Assembly (NCBI GenBank): GCA_002633005.1 | Contig: NMRA01000096.1 | Coordinates: 558,001-622,000, forward strand | Length of the DNA stretch: 64,000 nt | Origin: Phoronis australis | Taxonomy: Eukaryota; Animalia; Phoronida | Direction of reading: 5' to 3' | In this document: positions 37,101-49,100 of the stretch, piece after piece | How positions within the stretch are numbered: the first letter of the stretch is position 1 | How the letters are laid out: every line of letters begins with the position of its first letter | The notes under the pieces: model-generated | What the model was told of the DNA's origin: nothing | The model's database searches: none | What the model saw: only the letters and a program-made list of their open reading frames with translations | Program-made: the position numbers and the translations under genes

Positions 37101-40100
37101 ACATTGTGTTTGTGCAGCAGTCCTCACAATAACTTACATAAGTCTAGCAGCAATCAAAATTGACACATATTCAGTACCTGGGTTAGCTACACTTGTATCA
37201 TCAAGAGATATATGCACCATACATCAGGTTGAAGCAATTTTATTAATTTATTCATGGGTGATTAATAAATTCATAATTGTTTGTGTATCAAAATTAATTA
37301 AGAAACTCCAGTGAGCTCAACTACACAACAGTACAACAAGAGCAACGCAGAGCGTTGAAATGCGCCCACGAATGCATTGCAAATGGTGTGCTTTTAGGGT
37401 TATTTATTTGTATCATTAAAATGACCACTAGATGGCACAAAAACATACAATCCATCCAAAAACAAGAACATGCCATATTTCATAAAAATCTGTCAAGGAA
37501 CTTCAGAGAAACAAAGGAAAACAGAATAAAACGAAATTGCCACTAGTGTGCACAGTGTCCGTTGGATCCGCCTGAAAGTCGTCGTCGTCTGTTGTTGATC
37601 TTCATATAAATACACTTACTATTAATTTAGTAAAGATCCTGCAGTGGGTTTAGGAGATACAACTATGGGCGTAAAACAAAACTACCACTAGGAGGCACCA
37701 CAGTAGTCAGTCACCATCACCAAAGGTCGTCTTCTCACTGAGAACATTATTACATGCCAATTTTCAAATGATTTGGTTGATACAGGGGTGGACACCAAAA
37801 ATAAGATTTGAAAACAGCAAATGGCCACTAGGTGGTGCAAAATACCCCGATTCCATCCAAAAACAGGAAGTTAGCGTCATCACAGCAATAAATGCCTATA
37901 TTTAAAATTTTAAGAAAATCTGTTGAGGACCTTTGAAGATACTGAGTCAAACATAAAAAACTAAAATTGCCACTAGGGGGCACAGCAGTTGTCAGATATG
38001 TCCAAAAGTCGTCGTTATCCGTAGTCAACATCATATAAATACACTTGCTAAATTAAGTAAAGATCCTGCGAATGATTTAGGAGATACGGTCATAGGCGCA
38101 ACAAAAACAAAACTGCCACTAGGAGGCGCCACAGTAGTCGAAAACGTCGGAAAATCATCGTCAATCGTCCTTTTCATAGTAAGCACAAAAATGCCAATTT
38201 TCAGAACCATCCTTTGAGCGGTTTGGTTGATAGAGCGGTGGACGCAAAAAACAGACTCAAAAACAGTAAAAATGGCCACTAGGTGGCGCAAACTACGTCA
38301 TCTCAATAATAGGTGCATACATAAAAAATTTCATGAAAATCCATTAAGGACTTTTGAAGATACAAAGGTAAGCGTAAAAAATTAAAATTGCCACTAGGGG
38401 GCACACCGGTAATCGGATCCGTCCGAAAGTTCGCTCATGCCGTCCCATTCATGAATAGAACAAATATGCCAAACTTCATGAACGTATGTCAAAGGGTTTT
38501 GGAGATAGAGCAGCAGACGCCGGACGGACGCCGCCCGGACGGACGAATGCCGCCCGGACGGACGAATGCCGCCCAGACGGACGAATGCAGCCCGGACGGA
38601 CGAATGCCGCCCGGACGGAGATGACGGCATAATGCGTCCACATATAAATATGCAGGCGCATAAAAATTGAGGGCATGAAGTATGGCGCAACAACACTCCT
38701 AACCACTGTACTGATATTATTTATGACAAACGACGACTAAGTAAGGACTTAAAATGAGATATTCAAGTGAAGAAATTACTGGTCTCCAGGCATCAATAAC
38801 AAAAACTGGTTACACATTGGAAACATGTTTACTCAGCTACCACTCCAACACATCTCAAAATGATACTTTGAAACCTGACTTAAACTTCCTATCTAAATGA
38901 TGAAAAATTAAACTTAGATATTGTAACACAATATTACTAAACATGCCCAAACTTTTGATATTGTATTGCATAAATACCTGAAATCACAAAGGAGTATATT
39001 TCAAGTTGTTTCCATCAAAAACCACCAAATGCGAAATAAAGGTTGAAATGAAAATAAGAAGTTTCCTAATCTGAGTAACAGAAACGGGCTCCAGAGCTTT
39101 AATTTTACAAGAGCATACAGAAAAAAAGTGTAAATGGAATCTTTGACTGTTGTTACAATGCTGATGCGAACTTAACTGTGTCAAAAGGCAGACCAAAACA
39201 TTCTCTGTTACATAAACTCAGATGTTAGAGACAGGCTACCCAAATTCTCTCAGAGAATATCACTTTTGTAATGGCCCCTTTGAACACACAGATTACCCAT
39301 GGAGAACCATGTGTTTTTTTACACTAACTCATCCATCTGACACTGGAATTCTATTTTCGTTAGGATATCTATCAGCAGGCTAAAGCTGAATCTGTCTATT
39401 GCCTTATGATTACAAGCCCTAAGTGCTGCACTTAACTGCTTTTCTCCCAATGGCAGAAGACAGGTCTGACACCTGGAGGTTGAACAACAATAATAGCACC
39501 ATGAAATTTGGATAGCTTCCAGATGTTGGTCAGATAACTCACACAAAGGAAGAGGTTCACCAGCAACACAAAAGAAGGTCTCAAAGTAAAATGAGAGAGC
39601 TCTTCAGAGCAACACATGGCAAAACTGAATACATATGATGACGAAAATAAATGCCCATGATGATGATGATGGTGATGATGATGATAATGAACGATAACGA
39701 CAAAAATGATTACGAAACTGAGCTGGAAAACCAAAAAAGTGCAGTTCAAGGCATCTCTAAAAATCTCTTCATCAGAAAGTCTTGAACAATTCCTGCAAAC
39801 GGTAAGTCCTAGCGAAAAACAGATGACATATTCTAAGCAGTATGAGATCTATTTATAAGCCCAATTTCCCTCAAAAGACAGCAAAGCAAAGTATATTTTT
39901 TAATACTCGGCCATTATGTAAGGCCAATGACAATTCTTCTATTTAGCACACTATATGGCCACTGAAATTTTGATTTGTGCGATTTCTCAACAAAAACAGT
40001 GAAGATTAAGAAAAGACCATTTTAATATTTTGTACTGTGTTTATTTCAAATTTTTGTTAAAGTTTCCCTTATTTGCAGCAAGATAGTATAAAAAATGAAA

Positions 40101-43100
40101 AAATGACAATTGTCTTATCCAAATATCATTCAAATTTATGCTGCAACAATGTTAGTGTCAAACATAGAATTAGCATTGAAGAAAATACAAAAAACATAGA
40201 AGCAAATAATTCATGATTATCACACAGACAAAAGTAGCTGCCAAAAAGTAGGTTACAAACAGTAGTCTTATTTATTTTCATAATGCCTCAAATATCACTC
40301 AGCAAGCAGTAAGAGTTGATAAGAGGAGGATGAACTGGAACCCATCAGGGAACAGATAAGGACTAATTACAGAGGGCTCTACACTAGCCAGCACTGAGTT
40401 ATCTACATCATACAGTAGGGTGCACCAGACAAGAATAAGAATTTTGGAAAGGAAATCTTCCAACCAGAAAAACAACTACCATAAACACACCTATGTAGTG
40501 CTGCAGGGTCTTTTTCAGAAATTACTTTCTAAATTACATTCCACGAGGAGAGAGCCACCTTAGCAGCAGAACTACTTTGAAAACCATAAAATTTCACTAA
40601 TTTAGGACACAAAATGGGCAACAAGGGAATTTGAATTTCTTCATTTTTATAAAAGATATGTGGTTGGCAGCCGTCTGCCTCGAGAGACAATGGATATGCG
40701 CCCTCTGTCAGTCATTGGTTGAATTGCAATGTTGGCCATGGGTAAAAAGCCCGATTCTGGAGCATCATGTTTTTGGTTGCAGTTGTCGCAGGGGTAAACT
40801 TGAAAAAAACATAACATAGCATTTTTAATCCATTGTCAGGGCCTTCGATAATTTTAGAGGACATGACTGTCTGCTGCCTAAGCCTGGCCAATCCTTGATA
40901 CCAAAATGGAGGCATTAAGGGCCTGTTTAGTATCCTGAATTAATAACCGAGGCAGACTACTTGTTCGTATTTTGCTCAATGTTAATGACCTAGGATTACA
41001 CAGCAAGACCTGGATGAAAACCATGCACATTTCAACAGAACAAAAATATCTCACCAACTTCACAGAAAAATAACTAACCCAAAATTTGACCTTAGTTTTT
41101 CATTTTCAAAGGTCCTTCATGTTGCAAGGATGTTCACAGTTTCCTGAAACACTATCTGGTAGTAGCTATAGCTCAGAACTTGAAAACCATAATCATTTAT
41201 TTGGTACCAATACTACTGATCCTTCAAGAAAAAATTCACTTGTCCACCATATTGGGTTCTATATTGGTTATTGGTGGGATATTACAGTGACTANTCTCCC
41301 AATGGCAGAAGACAGGTCTGACACCTGGAGGTTGAACAACAATAATAGCACCATGAAATTTGGATAGCTTCCAGATGTTGGTCAGATAACTCACACAAAG
41401 GAAGAGGTTCACCAGCAATACAAAAGAAGGTCTCAAAGTAAAATGAGAGAGCTCTTCAGAGCAACACATGGCAAAACTGAATGCATATGATGACGAAAAT
41501 AAATGCCCATGATGATGACGATGGTGATGTTGATGATAAAGAACGATAACGACAAAAATGATTACGAAACTGAGCTGGAAAACCAAAAAAGTGTAGTTCA
41601 AGGCATCTCTAAAAATCTCTTCATCAGAAAGTCTTGAACAATTCCTGCAAACGATAAGTCCTAGCGAAAAACAGATGACATATTCTAAGCAGTTTGATGA
41701 GATCTATCTGTATGCCCAATTTCCCTCAAAAGACAGCAAAGTAAAGTATATTTTTTAATACTCAGCCATTATGCAAGGCCAATGACCAATTCTTCATTAT
41801 GTAAGACCAATTCTTCTATTTAGCACACTATATGGCCAGTGAAATTTTGATTAATGCGATTTCTCAACAAAAACAGTGAAGATTAAGAAAAGTCCATTTT
41901 AATATTTTGTACTGTGTTTATGTCATAAAGCAATTTTTGTTTAAGTTTCCCTTATTTGCAGCAAGATACTATAAAAAATGAAAAAATGACAATTGTCTTG
42001 TCCAAATGTCATTCACATTTATGCTGCAACAATGTTAGTGTCAAACATAGAATTAGCATTGAAGAAAATACAAAAAACATAGAAGCAAATTATTCATGAT
42101 TATCCCACAGACAAAAGTAGCTGCCAAAAAGTAGGTTACAAACAGTAGTCTTATTTATTTTCATAATGCCTCAAATATCACTCAGCAAGCAGTAAGAGTT
42201 GATAAGAGGAGGATGAACTGGAACCCATCAGGGAACAGATAAGGACTAATTACAGAGGGCTCTACACTAGCCAGCACCCAGTTATCTACATCATACAGAA
42301 GGGTGCACCAGACAAGAATAAGAATTTTGGAAAGGAAATCTTCCAACCAGAAAAACAACTACCATAAACACAACTATGTAGTGCTGCAGGGTCTTTTTCA
42401 GAATTTACGTTGTAAATTACATTCCACGAGGAGAGAGCCACCTTAGCAGCAGAACTACTTTGAAAACCATAAAATTTCACTAATTTAGGACACAAAATGG
42501 GCAACAAGGGAATTTGAATTTCTTCATTTTTATAAAAGATATGTGGTTGGCAGCCGTCTGCCTCGAGAGACAATGGATATGCGCCCTCTGTCAGTCATTG
42601 GTTGAATTGCAATGTTGGCCGTGGGTAAAAAGTCCGATTCTGGAACATCATGTTTTTGGTTGCAGTTGTCGCAGGGGTAAACTTGAAAAAAACATATCGT
42701 AGCATTTTTAATCCATTGTCAGGGCCTTCGATCATTTTAGAGGACATGACTGTCTGCTGCCTAAGCCTGGCCAATCCTTGATACCAAAATGGAGGCATTA
42801 AGGGCCTGTTTAGTATCCTGAATTCATAATCGAGGCAAACTACGTGTTCGTGTTTTGCTCAATGTTAATGACCTAGGATTACACAGCAAGACCTGGATGA
42901 AAACCATGCACATTTCAACAGAACAAAAATATCTCACCAACTTCACAGAAAAATAACTAACCCAAAATGTGACCTTAGTTTTTCATTTTCAAAGGTCCTT
43001 CATGTTGCAAGGATGTTCAGTTTCCTGAAACACTATCTGGTAGAAGTTATAGCTCAGAACTTAAAAATCATAATCATTTATTTGGTACTAATACTACTGA

Positions 43101-46100
43101 TCCTTCAAGAAAAAAATTCACTTGTCCACCATATTGGGTTCTATATTGGTGGGATATTACAGTGAATAGAACGAGCCAGGTAAAACAATCTAAACCAGCT
43201 GACCAGTCGAGGAAACCTTGAAATACAAGTCAAGTTCATAAACAACGCCCCGGGGAGTGACCCCAGGTAGGCTTAATGAGTTTGCAACACCTTGCCACAA
43301 CCAATAACTAAATTGCTATTTCTAATTACTAAAACTCACATCTTGCCAAGATGTAGTATGGAAGCTAGCACATGCTGTGTGAGTCTGCCCCAGACTGTTT
43401 GCCATTTGCAGTAATTCAATAAAGAGGAAATGTCCTATGTAATCACTAGTTTGCCTGAGAAAAATAGTTCACCGAGGCAAAAATCAGACCTCCAAAGCCA
43501 TGCCCCGATTACTTCTAAAGCAAATATCCGTATGCAAGCCACTATCATAATGATTTCGAGATTCATAGAATTCAGGCTTGCTGGTCTTGTGCAAACAAAA
43601 ATGCTAGAAAAATACTAGAACAGGCATACATAGCCCCATGCTAATAGTAAGCAATAAATAATTGGATACATCCAAACATCTAAAATTAATAGTTCCACCA
43701 TCTGCTACCCATGTGAACCCAATCAGAAATTGAAGCATCCTCGTATACTATTGACTACCAGAACAGTGCTAATTACAGATCTTCTGAGCATCCTACCGAC
43801 TACAGTCACACATGTGATGGACAGTTCACACATTTTAACACAAATCAAAGCCAACACAGTGAATGAAAAGCAGGCAGGATGCAACAAACAGACTTGAAGA
43901 GTAAGGATTTAATTGCTAATGTCAGAAAACGTTCTGGCTGTTCAACACGATTATAATTAAAGCTTCAAAATGTGCAATACCATTGGCTATAATCCACCCA
44001 TGATTTAAAACCATGGTCCAAAGTCATCTAGCAGGCATGTGATGACGTCATCCATGTTTCCATGAAGGGGTACTCGAGCACTAAAACAATCCTATGGATG
44101 CACTTATGAATCCCTGGCAACAAGCCAAAAAGAGCATGAATGATGCCTTCCTTGTATTAGCTACTAAACATCATAGACCCTGGCATCAAATCCCTGTCTT
44201 TCCTCATATGCAACAGCTATGTCAACAAAACAAACCATCTTTAATGACAACCCACTAAGAACATGCCAAGAACATAAGAAAGGGCATTATCTGCCATTTC
44301 TTGATGAGTAAAGCACAATACTAGTACACCAGGGTTCAATTTTCAAGGTGTTTCCAAGGTAACAAGAACTGACAAATCTGAAAGCAAGCATTTGATTACA
44401 CACTGTAGTAAGGTTTGCAAAATGTGCAAGTTGAACCAATGTAACATTTAGTTAGATAAATTACTTATGTTCACAGACATTTTTTTAAGTTATTGAAACA
44501 TTTCTCCAAGTCTGCATGAAGAATTAGCTGATAAGCAGAGCAAATGCATAAACCCTAACTAGTTAGCTTCGTAGAACAAGGGGAGTTTAATATTTGGCTT
44601 TGTTGTCATTTTTTAGATGCATTGTGGGATGGTTATTGGTTCGTAAAGAACCTGGGTGACATCATCGATAACTTCTGAGCATGTAACCTGCTTTATGATG
44701 TGTGTTGCACTAGGTCAGGTGAAATTTGATTTCAACGTGATAGCATGGCATGTGCCTTGAGAATATTTCAAGAAATAGACTAAATAACTAATCTATTTAT
44801 TTGAGCCTCACTTTCAATTTCTTATTTTCCTATTATCGTTTCTTTTTTTTGTCTGTGGCACAAAAAACATATCGCAAAGGACACATGCTTTCAATCCTGT
44901 TGCTTGCACTCGCCGAGTGTTATTTTCCGTCACATTGTTAATCATCACCAAGATTTCTGTGATGTCACCGGATGTTTACAAGTTACAATTCACTTGAAAA
45001 ATCTGCAACAGCATCGTAGGTGAGATCCTGGGAAATTGCAACTTGCATCAATTAGCCTACGTCAGAGTGAAAGAATAGCATTCTAGGGTACCTCTAAATA
45101 ATTAATTGGGGTTAACTACAATCACACTATGAACTAGTAGCCCCATCAGAGGTTTGTGTACTTAACTAATTGGCAGACACATGAAACACATGGCCTAACA
45201 AGTTCAGAGCTTCAAAAATAATAGCAGTAAGGTTGAAGAACACTGTATAATCACTCGGCTTTTCTGCAGACATTGAAATGATCTGCAAGATTCTACATCA
45301 TGTATTTTCATAAAATATTGACAATGAGAGCAACCAGAGAAAATGTTGAACAGCATATCAACTACCAAAGTGAGCATGTAAGCTTCCCACTTAATAGCAA
45401 GAATAACACAGCACTTAAAAACACATTGACATCTGCAAAGAAAACTGTAAGTTTCCAGGGGCCACTGGGTGTGCTATACCAGTAGGAACCATCCAAAATC
45501 AAAGTTAGTTATGGCCTTATCAGAGCAAAGACATCTGGTAATTTTCATTTAATGATCCTTTGAGAGTTTGAAGGATGAAGATGGATGCCAATAATAATAA
45601 ATGGTCAATCAACATGGAACAGCATAATGTAAAACCAGTCCAAATATGGCTAGGAGTTTTTGACTCTTTACTATATAGAAACCTATTTGTTAAAATTCAT
45701 GAAAATTCATTCAGGAACTCGGAAGATACAGAGTCAAATGTAAAAAACAAAATTGCCACTAGGCACAGCAGCAGTTGAATCAGTCGAAAAGACATAGTCA
45801 TCTGACATCAGCTTCATAAAAACACATGTGCCATGTTTCAAGAACAGGGGTTTAAGAGATACAGTAGCATATGGTGGATAACCAGATGTAAATGAGGGCA
45901 ATATGCACCCACATGTTTGAATGGGCACATAAAAACAATGTTGCAAATATCCACCCACTGTCAAAAAGTTAACTATCAATTTAGAGGACTAATAAATAAA
46001 AACTGTAATAAACGGTCACAACTTCTTCCTGACTCAAGATTAAATTTGATTTCTAGAATTGTGAAAAAACAGACAGTTGGTTCTTGCAAGGGACCAGACT

Positions 46101-49100
46101 GAATGAGTTGGCTTATCAAGGCTACTACATATTTAATTACTTTGCACAACGACACTTAGGCAACAATTATAACGATTCTACAGCAGAGAAAACACCAATG
46201 AACTGGGACGAGCTGGAACTTGGTGAGTAGTCTGAACAGCTGTTATCGCGCATCCACTTTCATCACAACATTGTAGCGTAAGTATTTGTACACGTGCAGT
46301 TCACAATTATCATGGTATATTTTGATGAAGCAGTTTGCCTAGAAGGTATACACAAACTCCAGAGCTTTATAACCATAAAACCATAATTCTTTAAAGACTA
46401 GTTCAGTGCATTCAATAGCATAATCCTTGTTAGATTAGTAATTATCAGAAAATTTTGACGACACAAAGTTTCGTAAGGGCCGACTAAAAGCGATAACAAC
46501 TTCGCAAGAAACTGGTGGAAAACGTTTGCCCAGAAATTTCACCTAACAAATAATTAGGAATTTTCGACGTTGCTACATTTTCTAAGATAGATTGTGTAAA
46601 ATGACGCACTGGAAACAAAACAGTGGAGCAGTGCGATAAACGCACAAACATGAGCACACCATGACTCTTATAAATGCTTCTGATGTAACAGAAAACTTAC
46701 AAAACATACAGTTTACCTGTAATATTAGTTGTATTGGTAGCATGGCAGTCTGTCCCTGGTGCTGGGTGCTGTGAGGTGTTCAGCCGAATGGGCTCGGGAT
46801 AGAAGTTCTCCGGAGGTATCAAGTCAAAGCAAGGTATCTTGGGAGGCGGACCACAGCTTTCACATGGATTCGCCGTTGACGCCATGGCAACAACTGTACT
46901 CGGAGTCAGCGATATAATGGAGCTGTTGCTTAAAACGATGTGGTTAATTATCTGTAAAGAGAATACGCGCACGTGAAATTTACACCTTCGTTCCTGATAA
47001 TTTTCATAATCACCAAGTGATTATGGAAAAATGTCAGCCTCATAGCGCTCCCAGTTGTTGATACCGGTAATTGTACTTTTTCTTCTACAAACCCCAGTTG
47101 TAAGTTCCCAAAATGTGTAAAAACAAGAATGGCCTGTTCAGGTAAACTCTCATCCTGACTTCTTAAAAGTTTCCTGTATAAATGCCCACAAATGCTCAGC
47201 TTGCTACCCACCCCGATTTTTTTAAATTTCCATATTCAAGCACCCAGAGTGGGCATTTACTCTGAAGTATACGATATATCGGTACAACGAATAACCCAAC
47301 TACTTTACGCTACTGATGCCTTTTCCTTCCACAGTTTTTATCAGAGGTGTAAAATAATCAAGTGAAAATTTCAGTAAATCATTTGGCAAAGACTTAACTA
47401 AAGAATTTTTTGTTTCAATGACAACAGAAAGGCAATATTTCCGACCTATTTTGGACAACTGACTTATGAAAATCAACAATAATCAAAAGCAATACAACGC
47501 TATGTCACAACTTCCTTTGGAGTCAGTGTTAAGTGGAGCTTCCTGTGGTTTAAACCTATAAAAATAAACTATCCACATCAATGAAACAACTGTTCACTAT
47601 TTTTTGTAGGACTTATCATTCTGGGATGACACTTAAAATTATTCAACCCAAGCTTGGCGAATAACAATAACAGAGTTAAAAAACAAAATTTGTACGCCAT
47701 ACGTCAGAACAAATTATGACATTTGATATGGGTACAAAAAATCCTCAAAGCCGCGTGTGCTAGCATTTTTTAAGTGTAATCGTGTTGATTTTAACTTCAA
47801 GGTTGGTTAGTTATAAAAGGCCGAAGTTACAGTTTCCTTCTATCAAATGACCACGTAACAATAAAAAAACATTGCTATCAGAAATTAAGGAAATTTTACA
47901 CAAGATATGAGTTTTTGCACAATGCTACACAGCACTTCACAGTGCAACCAGATTATTTGTCGATTTGCAAGAGGCATATAGTTAAGAATGACTTGAAACT
48001 TAGACGTCTGATAGAAAGATCAATAAGGAAGTACATGGAAAGAGAACCAGTCTCGCCTTCAGCCACTTCTTATTTGACTTACGACTTTGCAGATGTTGAA
48101 GACTAAATCGATGGCCTGAAATACTCCGCAGCTGAACACAAACAATATAAAAGTAACTATTCACCCGACATGCCAGTCAAATAAACCTGTTTTTGATACT
48201 CATACAACAAACTTTTCAGATTTTCAATACATGCCATGTAAAAAGCATGTTGGCTTAAATAAGACGGTTTTCGCACCTTCCAAATTTTACGTACATGGTT
48301 ATGAGACAAAACCGACATTTCTCAAAGAAAATATTTTCATCGTCACGGTCATCACGAGTGGCATGATATGACCGCTTTACTAAGCGAAGATGGATAAAGC
48401 ACACGACGTCATCGAATTCGAAGAATTTAAGTGACAATTTATAGATAATTGTGGTTACCGTGTTGACTTTTAAAAAAATATATATATGTGGGACCACGCA
48501 CTTGATTGTATTATTTACTGATGCTCTTGAAAATATGTAGAAATCATGAAACTGAGTCACATGTATGATGGGTTTCATTTTGTTTGTCTAGTTCGTTTCT
48601 GTCTTCAAATCACCTGACTTAGGAAATATTACCAATTAAAATAACACACAGATGAACTCCAAAACATAATTCTTCATTCTTATTAGCTAATACTTCATTT
48701 TCATACCCCTGGAAACACAAAAAATATACAACCTGCAATTCTAATGTTATACTACTGAAGTTTATCGGGCGCACAGCAAAGCCAAAATATCACTACGTAT
48801 ATGACTTACAAGGATCAGTGGCGACTGTTACCCAAAGAAATCAATGTTTGTCATGTAAATAGCACAAATGTGCTTATGATATTTGATCGGTTCTCAACTA
48901 GAAATGAACTGAATTATTTTGTGACACACAATTTGATATTTTTATGCACAACCTCAGTGGTTTTTCATAACCGAATAAACTACATGCCGTGAATAATACG
49001 CTTACACAAAAGTCACACATTTCTAACAATGTGCGTGACTTTTCACTGCTTGTACTTCTGAGCGGCTTTTACCAGGATCAAAGAGAGCGCGGCGCAGAGT

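Noticed and set aside
37425-38404. Regularly spaced conserved words resembling a CRISPR array
   Set aside because: Eukaryotic intron, the 'spacers' are homologous to each other, no cas genes; explained as HINE internal tandem repeats.
38388-38706. Overlapping Arg/Pro-rich repetitive ORFs
   Set aside because: Translation of the GGAC-type microsatellite of the HINE.
39432-41601. Poly-His ORFs (39432-39749, 41236-41601)
   Set aside because: They arise from a (GAT)n microsatellite inside a haplotype-duplicated intronic block; no splice or domain support.
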